NCBI GenBank assembly: GCA_002189035.1
Contig: NEEC01000007.1
Span: 2,976,001 to 3,040,000, forward strand
DNA length: 64,000 nucleotides
From: Utricularia gibba
Lineage: Eukaryota > Plantae > Magnoliophyta
Direction: 5' to 3'
Shown: positions 27,025 through 45,716 of the stretch, in pieces
Layout of the letters: each line of letters starts with the position of its first letter
Numbering within the stretch: position 1 is the first letter of the stretch
The notes under the pieces: model-generated
What the model saw: the letters and a program-made list of their open reading frames with translations, nothing else
Told to the model about the DNA's origin: nothing
The model's database searches: none
Translations under genes and position numbers: made by a program

Positions 27025-28111
27025 CTCCACCCCAAACTTCAATCCCAAAAATCGAAAAAATGCTCAATGAATTTCAAATATATGAAGATCCCTGCCAGGA
27101 AAAAGTGAGAAGAATCTTGTCAAGTAGCAAACAAGCGAACAGTAACAGAAGCATGTGAATTGATTAAGACGTTATATTATTTTCTTACATTCAGTTCAGA
27201 AAAACCAGCGTTGCGCAGCACAAGATGCGCCTACACTTGGATAACCAGTCAGACCAGCAAAATGCAGAAGGAAGACAACGAACCCACTAGAGGCCTTGGA
27301 TTACATTAATCCAGAAACGCGTATACCAGCTTTTTTAGTGCAAAAAACTTGAACTTTTTGTCGTTTTGAATGAATGAGACAACGAAGACAGAGTGTCGTA
27401 ACATGGAAAGGGTGGGAGCAAAGCTGACCCACAAATTGTCTTGCTTTTCTGCTTCCTTGATCTGAAAATGATAAAACTCATATTTAATGGCGGAAGACAA
27501 ACTCCCAACACAACCATTGTGTTTCTGGTCCTGTGAGCTTGCTAAATCTTCATAAGAAACTGAAAAAAAACATTGACAGAAGCGATTGCAACTCCCCCTT
27601 GTCGCACTTCGTTCTGTGACAGCTGGGAACTGAAGAAAGTTTTCACCTTCATTGTCATTTTACCTTCACCGTCAAACGGCCATTGCTTCCACTTCCAGCA
27701 TCTGGATTCATTCAGCAGACAATCTTATTTTTAGGGTTGAATAATGGAACTGTCAAACCGGTAAGGATGTTTGTTCGTTGGTCCACATCTCAGATCTCCA
27801 TCACAACCTGGACATCACCATCTTCTACAGAACACTTGTAATTGTGTGTCGGAATGAAACCAATGAAACAGGGAAAGATCATGCTTGGAAAATAAATGAT
27901 TAAATATTTTTTTAAGAAAAAACAATCCCTGTCGCATGGATAACAGAGTCAATTATGGGCCAAATGGGCTCATTGAGAGTGGACTGGTGCCTTTGAAACT
28001 CAAAAAAAAAAAAAAAAAAAAAACTGCGTTACAAAGTTGGAGGCATTATTTGAGTCCACAAGAGAAACCTCGATGGACCGAAGCTTAGGCTTCCTGTGAT
28101 GGAGATGAGAT

Positions 28112-32125
<4,014 letters not shown>

Positions 32126-32750
32126 CTACAATCAAATCCCAGAATCAGCTGGTACATTTAAAACGAAGTAACGAAAGCTTGTCAAGAGAGTTTCGCAATC
32201 AAAATTTCTCATTTATAGAGTTTCTGATAAATGCATCAACCCCTAGCTACGTTAACACGAGCTCCGTTTTTTTCAGTGATCGCCGATCTGCTCAATCGCC
32301 CCAGATATTTCCAGAGTTCGTCGTCGCCAGGTGAATCAAACAATCCAAAGTTTTTCGAAAAAAAAAAGACAAGACAAAAGAACTTTCGATACTGCGTGCT
32401 ACCTTGATGCAGCGATGTAGAGCTCAGACGCAGAACCAGTGGGTGACAAAACTGGGGGAATACAACTCCATTGACCCTCGGTTTTAAGCTTTATTCGAAC
32501 TCATCGTTCACGAGAATCGACGCCACGTGGTGCGATGACAGCGTGCAGGAGGTGATGCCGATAATGGCACTTTTTAGCCGGGTATTATTCATGATTCGAA
32601 TGACTGAGATTCCCCATGATTACCGAAATAGGAAGTCATCAAATTACAAAAAGAGATTGTTCTTTTCCATAATCACCGACAAATCAATATAGCAACCAAA
32701 TGGATGACGCGGACTCCTAGAATACATCAAGCAGCTCCAGCACTTGGGCG

Positions 32751-35700
32751 CTACACGGCTACGCCGCGAGCCTTGTACATGCAGATGTAAGCCATATGCC
32801 AGTCACCTGAAAGAAAGCCATATGTCATCAGTATGAACTGTAAGGATGCATGTGCGAGGAGAGGAGGGTCTGGGATGGGGGCAAGATCAGGACTGTACCG
32901 CCTCCTGAAAGCCTGGTTATGTCATCTTCGCGTTGCAGGGTGGGATTATCGTCGTCAAATTGAACCCATTTACCTGTCATTACGCAATGTTTGTGCTTCT
33001 GTAATGATGGGAAAACTCATTGTGTGTGTTGTTGTGTGTCGCTGGCTGGAGGCACTGACCGTTGTCTTGTTTGACCCATGCGACGTAGTGTCCGGAATCA
33101 GCACTTCTTCCCTTGTGCGTGAGTACAGCAATCAGGTCATATATTCCTGTTGCATGCTTCTCCTTATCTACAGAAAGGAAAACAACGGTGAAATCATCAG
33201 TACTTAATGTGCATGGTAATAATTCCCCACCAGAACTTGGGAGAGAAAGAAAGGCGCACCTTCTTCCATTGCGGTGTTGGACAAGTCTCCATCTTTGTCG
33301 GATGGTCCCTGTGTGGGCAGCATAGACACAAATATAGTCAAAATCTCGTCTGCAATCATAACCGTCCTGAGTATATTCTGGGAAGAGTGTTACTGATATG
33401 AATCGAAAGCATACCGCTGCATCAGTCATCTTATCAGAGGAAGTTGAGGCCTTATTAGTTTTCAGGCCAAGTTTCTTTCCTTCTTCGTCTCTCAGGATCT
33501 AATGCCAACGCATCAAATAAGATAGAAACACGGTGGACAGTAGAGAGAATAAGAAAATGCACAACTTTCTTGTATAGCATACCTGTCTAGGAGACTGTAA
33601 CTTCTTTTGGAGGTCATCTGAACAAAGGTCGTAGACGTCTAACTCCAACGGGTAGTCTACTTTCTGATAGGGAAAAATTAGAGCTAGGTGCTCATTATGT
33701 GAATCTATTTACATGGCTACTCTAACACCAAATATATGTATGTACCCCATTGACAATAAGTGAAAATATTACCCGCAGAATTTTTGCCTTTTGGTTTGTT
33801 TCTCTTTTCCAAAAAAAGCGTACAAACTGCACTGTTAAATATCTGTAATCAGACGACACAAATTAGCCATAGAGCAGCCAAGTAGTCCACGTAATGAATG
33901 CACATTGATAATTAAGGGAAAATAAGAGAAGTCTCGTGTAACAAAGTGGATATACTTTGGCAAATCACTTATGCGAGAATCCTTGGTATAGATAGCAGTA
34001 CGTCCAAGTGAAGGAGAATTTTTCTCTAGCTCCGATTTGAGACCCTGAACATACAAAAGTAAAAGATGCACGTCCTGAATCTAGTTCCAGTTTGGGATAG
34101 AAAGAATGCAAAATTGCTGGAATCGAAATTAAAGATGGTCATGCTCGACTTACACGTTTCAAGCCTTCATGAAGATGGTTCACCTCTTGTGAAATATGGC
34201 ATTTAAGAGAATAAACTGATTCAGTTTCATTAGACTCTTCACCACTTTCAGTACAATGCACCCTAGCCACATATCATGAGATATGAAACTAGGTTAACAA
34301 GACTCTCGTGATGTGCATACCACATAGAATTCTCACTGGAAGACAAGACATCAGGTGTACTTGAACCATAGGGTATTTAGAGACAACCCACCCCCAGTCA
34401 GAAAAACAGGACTATAAAAACGAAGGTTCATAGTTCAAAATTCTGAGTGATAGGCTTCTGCGAAAATGGCATCAGGGATTAGAAAAGGAAGTGACTTCTC
34501 CTGAAAGATTTCTTCCCCTTGTATATGGTGGTGATGGGGAGATGGTGATAGATAAGAGAAGGGAGTAAAGAGATGAAAAAGTACGGAAGGAAACAACAGA
34601 AGGAACAGAAGTCAAATTAAAAAGTGACCCTCTTTCCCACAAATGCAGTAACAATGATACGATCACATAAAAACTATGAAAATAGCCACTTGCGAAAATA
34701 ACCCGAGAACACACAGTGGAGAAAAATACCTGCTGGCGAGGCCAATAGCAAAAAGTTTTTTCACAGTTTCAGCAGCGTTTTCACTGGTAAAAAAAACAGA
34801 GAAGAGATGAAACTGTACTTGAATGATATGAAGCCTCTGCTTCAGATAGGGCAGCACAATAATTCCACCTTCATAAAAAATTATGCTACCTCACACCGGG
34901 GGACTTGAGAGTCAAAGATAAAGAAAATAGAAGTTGTGTCCAGCACTCTTCGGCATCCTGAGCATCATTATAAAATATCAAAATGATAAATCACAAAAAA
35001 AAAATGATTACATCATGTTGTACCTGTTGCATGTAAATTCCATTATGAAGCTGCGCAAATTGGGGATACTTGCTTCGCAGTGCCTGTTGAACAAGGATCA
35101 AGTAAAGGGGAGGTGTCAAAGGTACATAAAGAAAAATGAAGGTTGCAGCTCCCACAACACAATCGCTATGGCTACCCATTTTTTCCATCTCTTCAAGAAG
35201 AATATACATACCACATGACCAGAAAATAAACAAAAAAGGACATTAATAATAAGACGAAAATTTAAAATGCCACAGTGAAATTGTATTTTTTTAGTGCAAG
35301 CCTTCAGAATGAGTGAGGACCCAGAAAATGTACTTCTAGAATAAATAACAAACATACCATCAAAAATCGTACGGGTGCTACTGGCTTTGCACTTTTGTCT
35401 AGTTCATTGAATAATTCTCGTGTTGCAATTGTCAGGGCATGGGAAGATTGATCTATATCATTGCCCCTGATAGGCGGATACCTGAATCACAGATACCCAC
35501 CATTAGAAAAAAAAACCAGACAAAAGATAGATACTGCACTGTTCAAATGAACTCACTGACCCCAAAATTACAGAATTGGATAAAATAAACTCCCAAACAA
35601 GTTTAAAGGTAGCCTTAGATCACTCACTTGGTCAAAGCAGATTTCAACTCTGGAACTGAGTGCAGACATTGGACTGTAGAGTTCATGTAACAGGTATTCC

Positions 35701-36765
35701 CCAAATTCAATAGACCAGCCGAATGTCCCTACTCCCAAGAACAAGTACATTTTGATCAATCAATAAAATTCACCAAGCAAGAAATTTTCTGATACGCAAC
35801 ACAGAGTTTCATCAAGAGAGCGCAATTACTGAATGATAAGAAGGCGGATATGTATTCAAGCTTCAGTATTCCGTTTTTAAGTCATCATTATTTCACTACT
35901 GATACGAAACGAAAGAAGTTAGCCAAGAATCTCATGACAAGTATCTGAAACCCAAAATCTGCACTACATTATACAAAGTTTCCAAAATATGGAGAATCTT
36001 TGAAGTAAAAATGGAAATACGAACTTACTATAGCAACTGCCTGTTCCTCCTCAGGCATATCCTCAGAAAAAACAAGTTCCTTCTCAGGGCCTTCACAATC
36101 TCATCTGCAGTCCCCATCATCATCAATTTCTGTCCCTGAATTGTAAAAATGAAAGAAAAAAAGCGTAAAATCAACAATACCATCTCTCCCAAAAAACACT
36201 AATTTATGAAAAGAAACCCTTACATCCTTCACGCCAAGCTTTGACCAATCTGCATCATCCTATACACCAAAAAACAAGAAAAAAGGGGTAACTTAAATCC
36301 TCAGAAAATGTGCACGAAACTAATGAAATGAATTCTCTCAGGATAATCGCTTCCATACCTTTAACAGGCCACCTTTTATCATAATCTTCTGTCTCTCTGG
36401 TGGAACTCCAGTTAAATCAAAGAGCTGACACTTGAAGACGTAAGGGGGTAACGTGGTATCTATTTCTACATTGGAGAAGAGCTCCTTCTGCCACTTTACG
36501 TTTACTGTTAACATTTCCAAACACAAGTAGCACATGTCAGATTCAATGAAAAGCAAAAACTTTACCTGATTTACAGTTAATTCAATATGCATCCCAAAAA
36601 ACACATTCAAACAGTATCTCACGCTTATCACACTTATACGGTGCTGACTAATTTTATAACTCAACCACAGTCCTCATACACGCAGAGGCAAAATTCCAGG
36701 TTTGGTTCAATCCACAAAAAGTGAAAAAAAAGGTTCATCAATTAAATATTTTTACCTGTCAACAT
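32751..36765 (-). CDS. UBP6: Ubiquitin-specific protease UBP6/UBP7 (USP14 orthologue) with N-terminal UBL
   Basis: MLT/VNVKWQKE...LTGVPPERQKIMIKGGLLK; Cys box GLLNLGNTCYMNSTVQCL; His box THKGRSADSGHYVAWVK; C-terminal GDWHMAYICMYKAR; 10-nt first coding exon 36756-36765; 1-bp deletion at about 36088. Confidence 0.93.
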
Positions 36766-37410
36766 GGCTAAGAATGATTCCTCCGAATGGACAAATATTT
36801 CACCCAAACTCGGGGACGAATATTGTGAATGCAATATGGCCGCAGTTGTCCTACAACACAAAGGTATGCCGATCACCTTGAGAACAATCTCCTAGTCGGT
36901 TTCCTATCCATTTAAAAATAAACAAAAAAAGAAGCCAACTCCCTTCAACACAAGACTCCATACCTGGTTTTCAGACCCAAAAAAAGTACCCTCTTACACT
37001 AAGAAAAAAAGCGCATTTATGAAAGACGAAGGCCCCGCATCACAAGTTTAACGGGAAAAGGAAACCCTTCAAATAAACTCAGTTATCCACAAATAAGAAT
37101 CCCGAATTTTCAGGAACTAATGAAGATTTGCATAAAAATAAATTGCCTGATACACATTGCAACAGATAACCTATCGATCGGATTTCATAGGGCGATAATA
37201 ACCAGCCAGCACCTCTCAAAAGATCGAACCCTCAAACACCCCTCCTAATTAAGAAACTTTCACACATTTTCATTATCTTCCTAGATTTTTCCAAACCGTT
37301 ATTCTCCCAAGTTCAATACGAGAATCGTTCTCACCGTTGCTTCACCCTCCCCACCGCCAAATTTGATCTCCTCGCCCTCCCGTTGCCCTCCTCCCCAAGA
37401 TAAGTTATTG

Positions 37411-37443
37411 AGCCCATTAAGCCAAGCTGGGCCGGGCCGGGCC
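37411..37443. promoter_or_regulatory. Site II (TGGGCY)-like cluster in the UBP6 promoter
   Basis: AGCCCA at 37411 and TGGGCC-GGGCC-GGGCC at 37428-37443, just upstream of the pyrimidine-rich UBP6 leader. Confidence 0.5.
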
Positions 37444-38797
37444 TTTTGTTGAAATTAGACTATATTTTTGTAATATATCTTTAATATACAGCAAAATAGT
37501 GACACATTGGCATCTTGAAGCCTATCCGCCACATCTAGTTGTATAATTACATGTTATTATTATTATTTTTTTGATAAGCCGCGGGATAAGTGTATCTATG
37601 ACAAGGGATTCTATTTGGTTCCTTAAAACTTGAAACCGAAACCACCAATTTCAATGTTTGGAAGATTTTTTACATATTTATTGTGCAACTTATCGATGGA
37701 GCCACTTGGATTGGGCACTTTTGGCTGTAAGGCTTAAGATTTAATCACGGTATTCCATGTTAGTTATGAATGAAAAAAATATGTATTTAAATATAAAAAT
37801 CATTCTAATCTTGTATAACCATTTTTCTTTAAAAAAATGTAAAATTAGAAAAGTTTGGGTAACTAAAGTAAAAAATATTGTATTATAAAAACATGAGTCA
37901 TAATATTTGATGTCAAACCCATATTCAAGTGCATGGCAATTTTGGGACAGGAGCAATCAAGAAGGAAATGTTATCTCATATTGATTATTGATATAAAATA
38001 AAAATGATTTAAGTAAAGTAATTTTCTTAATTTTTTTTATAAAGTCTTTTCTTCAAGATTAAATAATGTAAAATTATGAGAATTAGATTTGAGAATTCAT
38101 TCGAAAAAAAAATTGTAATTTCATAACTTATTAAAAAGTAACAAATATTTCTAAATTTTGAATTTTTTAAAGTAATAATCATTTTATTCATATTTAATAA
38201 TAAAAGCTATTAATTAAAAAAAGATATTTCAAACAGAACCTTAGTATTAGATTCGTGATTTGTTAGTGTCAAATGTAGATGATATCCAAATAAAACATGA
38301 AAACTGTCATTCACATAATTTAATGATTTTCAACCAGCTAAAAAAATCTGTGTATGCTGACAAAGTCCATCATTTGTCCTTTTTTTTTTTTTTCTTTTTT
38401 TACCGTGAAGCCCAGTCCTTTGGATTTCAAGGCCAAGATTCATCACCGGAGACATACTTCTGAGAATTCGTAGCTTTCATACAATTGAAGTAGCTTTTTT
38501 CACGGTCTCCGGCAGCCACAGACGTTGTTGGAGGAGTAGGCTGAAGAACAGAAGCATCCGTAATTGGTGTACGTCTGTCTATGCGTTCCCTCATTAGCTT
38601 CCTTCCTGCCACTTGCTGCTTCTTTATATTTCTTAAAGACTGAAGAGCCTCTCACAGTCACACGACTTGATTTTTTTATGAAACCCCATTTCTCTGTGCT
38701 CCCTGCACTGTCGCTTCTCAGCACGAAAGAAGCCAAAGGATGACAGTGAAGAAGGAGAAAAGCTACGGAGTCTGATTTTTTACATTCTTTTTGTGGT

Positions 38798-39105
38798 ATG
38801 GGTAGGCAGAAGAAGGCAGTGGAAGGAGAGGCTGAGAAACAGGGCTCAAGGAAAAGAGGGAGACCGAGAAAAAACACACTGAAAGCAGAGGAGCAGGTTG
38901 AAGCAGAAGCAAAGAAACCAAAAATCAGTGAAGGAGGAGGGAAAAGACTTGAAGATACAATAGAACAAGAAGAAGAAGAAGGAGAAGTGGGGACTCATCT
39001 AAGCACTCTGATGTTCTAGAGTCAGAAAAGCAAGGGGAAGAAACTGAAGCTGCCTTCAGGAGGAGAAGCAGCAGAAGAAAAAGCTTGCCCAGAAAAAGCA
39101 TCTGA
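38798..39105 (+). CDS. Small basic/acidic protein with an AT-hook-like motif (about 100 aa)
   Basis: MGRQKK...RKRGRPRK...EEEEG; adding one G in the run at about 38988 extends the frame to ...RRRSSRRKSLPRKSI stop 39103-39105. Confidence 0.6.
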
Positions 39106-39485
39106 AGCAGCAGAAGAAGAATGATGGAATTTGCTTGATGATAATTTTCTGGGTCCCGGTGATGAAATGGGAAAGCAAAAGGTGTTGTTGCTGTAAAATG
39201 CCTTCTGTATAGATTGTCTGCATATGGGAACTAATGATTGACTCCTGCATCTCATTCAAAAAGCATCACCGAAGCCTGGTGATCATGGATGGGAATTAGA
39301 AACAACTGCGTTCCATATCATAGTTTTCAGTTGAGAATTGACAAAAAACCGTTCCTTCCAAAAATGTGTTCATTGTAGCCCGGACACTAATAGAAACAGT
39401 ACAGATGGCCACAACAAGGGTGAAGCTAGGAAGAAGAAAGTTGCTCATCAGTATACTCTGTGCATTCAAACTAGACCTGCTGCCT

Positions 39486-42400
39486 TCATCTTGCTGACTT
39501 GTGACGTCTCTCTTTTCTGTAGCGGGATTGCTGAGGGTCGAAGCCGCCCTCTTCTGCTCCATAGACGGCCCATGAAGGCGTCGGGGCCATGTAATCCTCA
39601 CTTGAGAATGGCTCTCCCGTAGAGACCTTCAGTTTCAGACAAACAGATAGATATCAGTGATCCAGCTTTCAACTTGATAGCAGAACAGAGGCCATTTTAG
39701 TCGAGCACAGCAATAGAAAAGCTCACGAACCAGATCATGGAACTTCTCATAGTCGATCCATGTGTGCCATTGTCCGTTGACCTTAAACTTGTCGACTTTG
39801 GCAAGAAGCACGCAACAAGAGTGCACATGCTCGCAAGCAACCTCATATGCTCCATTGCTCTTTTGAGCCAATGCCTCTGAGAAGTCCTTCACGTCAGAAT
39901 GCCAAGGGACATTCTCCATCGTGAGCTTTGATGTCGCTGACCTGCAGGCCAGATTTGTGTTGGAAAAATGAGAGAAATGCAAGCTAAGGCAATGTTTTTA
40001 AAAAGCGAGTCAGCTTTGACAGGCACAAAATCCAGTATGATTGCAAAAGCTGAATTGCATCAAACCAGACACCAAAAGAATGCATCACTGCACATGTTAC
40101 TTACGATCCACAGTACGTGACTCCTTTGATTTCAATGAAATCTGGATTCCCAATGTCAAATAGTGAAGAATATGCATCCACATCTTCTGTGTTCCACCCC
40201 TTTACCAGGGTTAAGCGATAAACAGTACGTTGTTGCTTCTCCCTTAGAGCTCTCAGAGAGTCCTGAGCATCAAAAATGCCTCACTCAGATCTCCATTGTA
40301 TGAACAAAAAAAGACATAAAATGCATCTAGGAAGTTGCCAACCACAAATCGTTCCCAGAAATCTGAGAAGAGTGGTCTATCTATTGCCTTCAAACTGTCC
40401 TTCGTACTTGCATCTACACTAACATACAACTGCCAAATTCAAGGAGAAATCAGGCATATTTCATAGCAATCAGATGCTCAAATGTAATTGCTGACAAATC
40501 AAGAACCTGCGTTATAGGCTTTAGTGACTTGATTTTTTCTGGGAATTGAGCATTTGTCACAAGAAAAGTTGATATTCTTCGGCAATGGAGCTCATCAACA
40601 AGGGAGTTTATCTCTGGATACATGATAGGCTCACCAACAAGTGACAAGGCACAATGTCTAGGTGAAAGGCCTTCAGATAAGCGTTCAGCATTTACACCTG
40701 CATTTGACCAGAAAAAAAAAATGTTGTCAACCTATACTAGTAACATGTGCCTAAATTCATTAAAAAACATGGGACCAGGCTGAAACGTGAAGACGTGAAA
40801 CACGTTCAACCAGCCGTTACATTCACAGACAAATAGTCCATCTTCACAAGATCCTGTTTTAAGTGTGTATTAAATGTTACATAACACCTACATTTTTTTG
40901 ATATGCAATGCATAACTACAATTTAACAGTATGAAATTTGATAGAACTCTGTAATGACATCAAATAAAGAAACCTTAGGTTTTTCATGCTATACGTTTAC
41001 TCCACATTCTAAATATAAGCCTGTTCTAGAAGCCTTCGGTTAGAATTTGACATTGCAGCATAATGTCCAATGTAATAAGCTGACAGAATCTGTGAAGCTT
41101 ACCAGGAACTCCTTTCATCTCCCCAATCATCTTCTTATGTAGACTAATGGCAGTATCAACGATCACCAAGGGATCATCCATCTTCCACTGCCAGCTCTTT
41201 CCTACAGGATTAGTATGATGCCTCCAACAAAAAACACATTTATTTGCACATGCTAAACTTGGGGTTGCTTCCATGCACCTAAAGACAGTTAAGCGACATA
41301 GTATTACTAATTGAAGAGAAGATGCTCAATCATCTAAACAATTAAAACTCTCGGGGATCACATGATGCAGATAAGGTTGTTTCACTCCACAGTGGATTTT
41401 ACACTCTGTCTAAAAACCAAGCTGCGGGAAACACAACCTGAGACTAACAACAAATATTACCTATGACTTTCAATGCCATAAAAAGAGTGCTTGTAGCAAC
41501 CTCCACGTCCTCTTAGCTGAGACTTGGTCCATCTACATAGTTTAACTCCACTGTGAGAACCAATTATTTTATAGCCCTGCAAAAAACACAACCTAAGTAA
41601 CCGAAGTCGCTTATGGACTCCAAAAGGCATTTTCCACTTGACTGAAAAAAGTAGTTATTCAACAAATCTACCTGTTTTTCTAAATTTCTCCTCACAAGAG
41701 GAGTCACCATTTCTTTCTCCCCATTCACGTTTCCATTAACCTTTGCTTCCGCAGTTGATCTTCTTGAAGTATCTTTGCCTGCAATGTCCTCAAGGTCGAC
41801 TATAGCATCCTCTCCCACATCATCTTCTTGAGAAAACTCGCCTTCACTTTCGCTCTCAAAACCATTATTTTCCAAAGGCAATGAATTCCCGATCCCCTTT
41901 AAAACAGCAATAAGCTTCTTACTCCATTGATCAAACACTTCATCTATATTCCCCATATCAATATCCCCTTCACCCAGACCCATCAGTTCATTGGCACCTA
42001 GCTTCTGTAGCTTAACAGAAACACTTCTTGCAACAGCATTGTATGTTGACCCATAACTCCTACTGCCCACTCCGAACATGGCAAAGTTACAGTCCCTCAG
42101 CAAAAGCGCACCAACTCTGAAGTCATCTGCACTCTCCGTTAACCAGTTCACCATAAAGCTCCCATTTTGGGGCGGCCCACCATCCTCCCACGTCGAAGCA
42201 ACCATCAAAGCAAACCTTTCTTTGCATAAATCCTCAGGCTCAAAGTCTTTGGGATCAACAAGATCAAAAAGGAGATTTTCAGCGGCCAAGAGCTCGTGCA
42301 GACGATTCGCCAAAGCCTTGGAGGTCCCAGTTTCTGAAAGGAAAAAAATCTTGCCTCTTTTGGAAGAAGCAGCAGGTTCTCGACCAAGTTGCGTATAGAG

Positions 42401-42502
42401 GCAACGACGGCGCTGCAGCGACTTATAGAGTAGGAATACTGCGGCAGATGCTGAGATCACCGCGAGGAAAGTAAAGCTACCACGAGGATGAGAAAGCAAC
42501 AT
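39486..42502 (-). CDS. TYW1: SAM-dependent tRNA 4-demethylwyosine synthase (flavodoxin plus radical SAM domains)
   Basis: N-terminal hydrophobic anchor, flavodoxin SETGTSKALA...ASTWEDG, GYKIIGSHSGVKLCRWTK, CANKCVFCWRH, SLVGEPIMYP, CEHVHSCCVLLA, EDYMAPTPSWAVYGAEEGGFDP; stop 39486-39488. Confidence 0.95.
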
Positions 42503-42876
42503 GATGTCTTGTAACTTCTTTTCCCGTCAACCGCAACGTTGCTAAAATGGGATTTCAAGAACCTCCCGATGGCTGCCGGATGAACACTCGTTTCGGGAAT
42601 TGAGAAACTTTTTCACATTACATTAACCAGAGGGAAAACGGAGGAGCGCCGCCATTTGATTCCGGGGAACTCCCAGACCTTCCTCACTAGTTTTTAGGTG
42701 ATATTTCATTTGACTTTCTAAACCCCTACCCTAATTCCATCATTTTGAATTAAAAAAAAAAACATTTCCTCAAGAAACAAGTTTGTATACATAATGTGGC
42801 ATTTCAATGGAGAATTCCCTTGTTGATCATCACATCAACGAACTGTAATAACAAGCATGTGTTGTTGTCGGAAGAA

Positions 42877-45716
42877 TCATGGTCGCCACAGCGTTTTCTG
42901 GGCACAAAGAATACCTTCCTTTCCCTGAGCAAAGGTCAGCCGGATCTCCCAGTGAAGCCTTCTCAACATCTCTTCCAAAGGATTGAGAATGTCGACTCTG
43001 TCACGTATGATCACCCACCCGCCCGGCCTTAGAAGTCGATCCATCTCGACTACGATAACCACCGCTTGCTTACACCTGAGAACAACCCAGACGTCAAGAG
43101 TGGCTCTTTTTAAAGAAACAAGAAGGATGCTTGTTCTGAACCTGCTCTTAAGTCTAGAGAAGAGGTGATCCGCATGGAGGAGGTCATAAGTTCTTGGGTA
43201 TGAGCTGAAGGCTTCACACCAGTCATGGTATATGCCAAGCAGGCCACGTTCGAAAATAACTGGAAGTGTATCAGGTGCATGAACAGGGACGACATTCATC
43301 ACCCAAACATTCTGGTCTGCAAGTGCAGCTGCAAATCTGCAACGATGGGAAACCGACAAATTTATGGTCAAGAACCAATGAGAGGATGGTAGGAAATGGG
43401 AGGAAAATATGCTCTTCTTAAACCGAGTTCAGAAGCTCACCCTCCGTTTACAGCTTTCATGTCCATTACATTTCGGATAGCCGACCAATCAATGCCTATT
43501 CCCTTCAGGTAGGAGTTGTTCACGATAGCTTTCCAGTGCTCACTTTCGGCAATGAGTTGCGCTTTTCCATTCATCCACTCTGGGAAAGTGTGAAGCCTTT
43601 GAGGCCATTCTGCTGGCCATTCATTACCTCGTTCTTCAATGGCTTCAGGGATGGTATGCAGACAAGTTCCTATTGGGGTGTACCTGAATGACTACCAACA
43701 ATATAAGAACAGAAATTACAACCAAATAACATTGATATGCATGTTTCCATTCGAAATTAATTCAACTCAGCATCACTAGATTTGTTTTGGATTCCATGCT
43801 AGAGCTGAAGATGGAAAGCCTTCCAACTCACCAGGCAGCATCTGGCTTTTCGTTTTCATTGCAGAGTGGAGGGATCTTCTTTCGTCTCAGTTCATATATC
43901 TCATTTGTTTCCGGCTTCTGATAGATCTTGATTCTGATGTCACTGGTATCATCTGTTCTATCAGCTAAGATGTTCCAACAAATGGATGCTGATAGTGTTG
44001 ACAGAGCTGGAGTCCCCGAATCACAAGAAGATGTTAAAAAATGCAGCATACACTAAATCCATTGGAATGCTTGAGGTCGAAAGAGCAGACCTTCTTCCCC
44101 CTCGAGGCTGGTTTGTTTTGTTGACAAAATAAAGTACCCGCCAGGTCTCAGTATCCGATTCATCTCAAGGAGAAGCTTACCACCTGAAGAAATTGACCAA
44201 AACAAGTATATCTGAACATCCCACCTCAAAAAAGTGAAAACTTAGATGAGAATTATGAGCTATACCACTTGATGACCAAGAGATACTGCATTCTCCACAA
44301 TGAATGGCATCAAAAACTCCGCTAGGAAAAGGAAGCCTACGGGATGAAAGAAACCCAACAACTGCTGGAAAACCACGTTCCAAAGCAACTTGGGCTAGGT
44401 CAACTAGATCAGTTTTCAAGCCAAAAGACAGTGTCAGCACATTCTTCTCTGAGAGTGAAGCCCCCAAGCTCGAATCTTTACATCCGATATCCAGGACAAG
44501 ACGAATGTTTTTTCCCCACTCAATGTCCGGCACCATCTATGATGTTTTATACAAACATAAAGCACGTTCTTGCAGAGACTTCATATTTCATCTTGGAAAC
44601 ACCACATATTTTCAAGGTCAACAAAGACTCACCTCTTCTATGGATTCTAGATAGTGTTCAATCCCGGCAATGAAGACAGATTTCGTCTTAGGAAAAGTGA
44701 GATATTCTCCAGATTCCACCAACCAATCCTGTGATTTAACATATGCATCCAATTTCGGATGTGCCACATTTTTATACAGTATCTGCAAGGAGTAAAAACA
44801 TTAGCATATTTTGGAGGGTGTTTCGTCTTCCTTGTGCTTAAAATGCGCATTGGTGTTTATGGAGTTAAGTACAAATAACAAAAAGATAAGCAGACTACAT
44901 GAATGCTTTAAGTGGTACTGGGAAGCCTTTGACCACTACCTTTGATTTGCTTTCAGGCCATTGAACAGGGGTGCCATAACCTTGAGCAGGAAGAGGAACA
45001 AGGCACATAACACCTGACCTTGGACAACTTCTCTCATGGTGACGATAAACTTGTGTCTTTCCTGTTCTGATTTCAATGTCAATACATGGAATGTAGTTGT
45101 GTTTGCTTCTCGTAGTGCATAACTTCCAATGATATCTAGCCTTGGGATCAAATACAACACCCTTTTTCAGTGTCCTCGTTTCAGAAACACCGGTATCTTC
45201 CCTATTATCCAATTGATCCGTTTCATGATTATCATTCGTTTCTTCTCCCTCCACTCCTTTTGCAGTACCTCCATTATCCACGGCTTCATTATCACCTTCA
45301 TCGTTTTCCTTTCCTACAGTCACCTCATCACCCTCCGGCTCCTCACGGGTTCGGTTAAAACCATCATTTTCCAACACCTTGGTTTGCTCTGTCTCTTTCT
45401 TTGAGTCCAATATTGCAGAGGCACTACCCAAATCCTTGACTTTCTTATTCAATTCCGAGTCGAGTACCGGAGCATCATCATCTTTTCCCCTGTTGAAATT
45501 CACCCTATCTGATCGCACCCCAGAACTATTGGCCATTCCGTTTGGCTGAGCAATGTCATCAAACGTCTCCCGCTGAGAAGTAACGGAATAAGTTGACAAA
45601 CTGGACCACACCAACACAAAACACAAGCCCAGGACCACAACTGCAGAGAGCTTCACAGGGAACCCAATTGACTGATAAGAGCGCTTCACTTGCCGCCCCA
45701 ATCTTGCTATAGCCAT
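42877..45716 (-). CDS. PMT28: Probable SAM-dependent (pectin) methyltransferase, PMT28-like
   Basis: Type II membrane anchor, WKLC...NYIPCID...HHERSCP, IRLVLDIGC, RLPFPSGVFDAIHC, VWVMNVVPV...ERGLLGIYHDWCEAFSSYPRTYDLLHA, EMDRLLRPGGW. Confidence 0.9.

Noticed and set aside
28002-28023. 22-nt poly(A) run as the tail of a retroposed element
   Set aside because: No recognisable TSD or upstream SINE/LINE body; treated as a simple mononucleotide run
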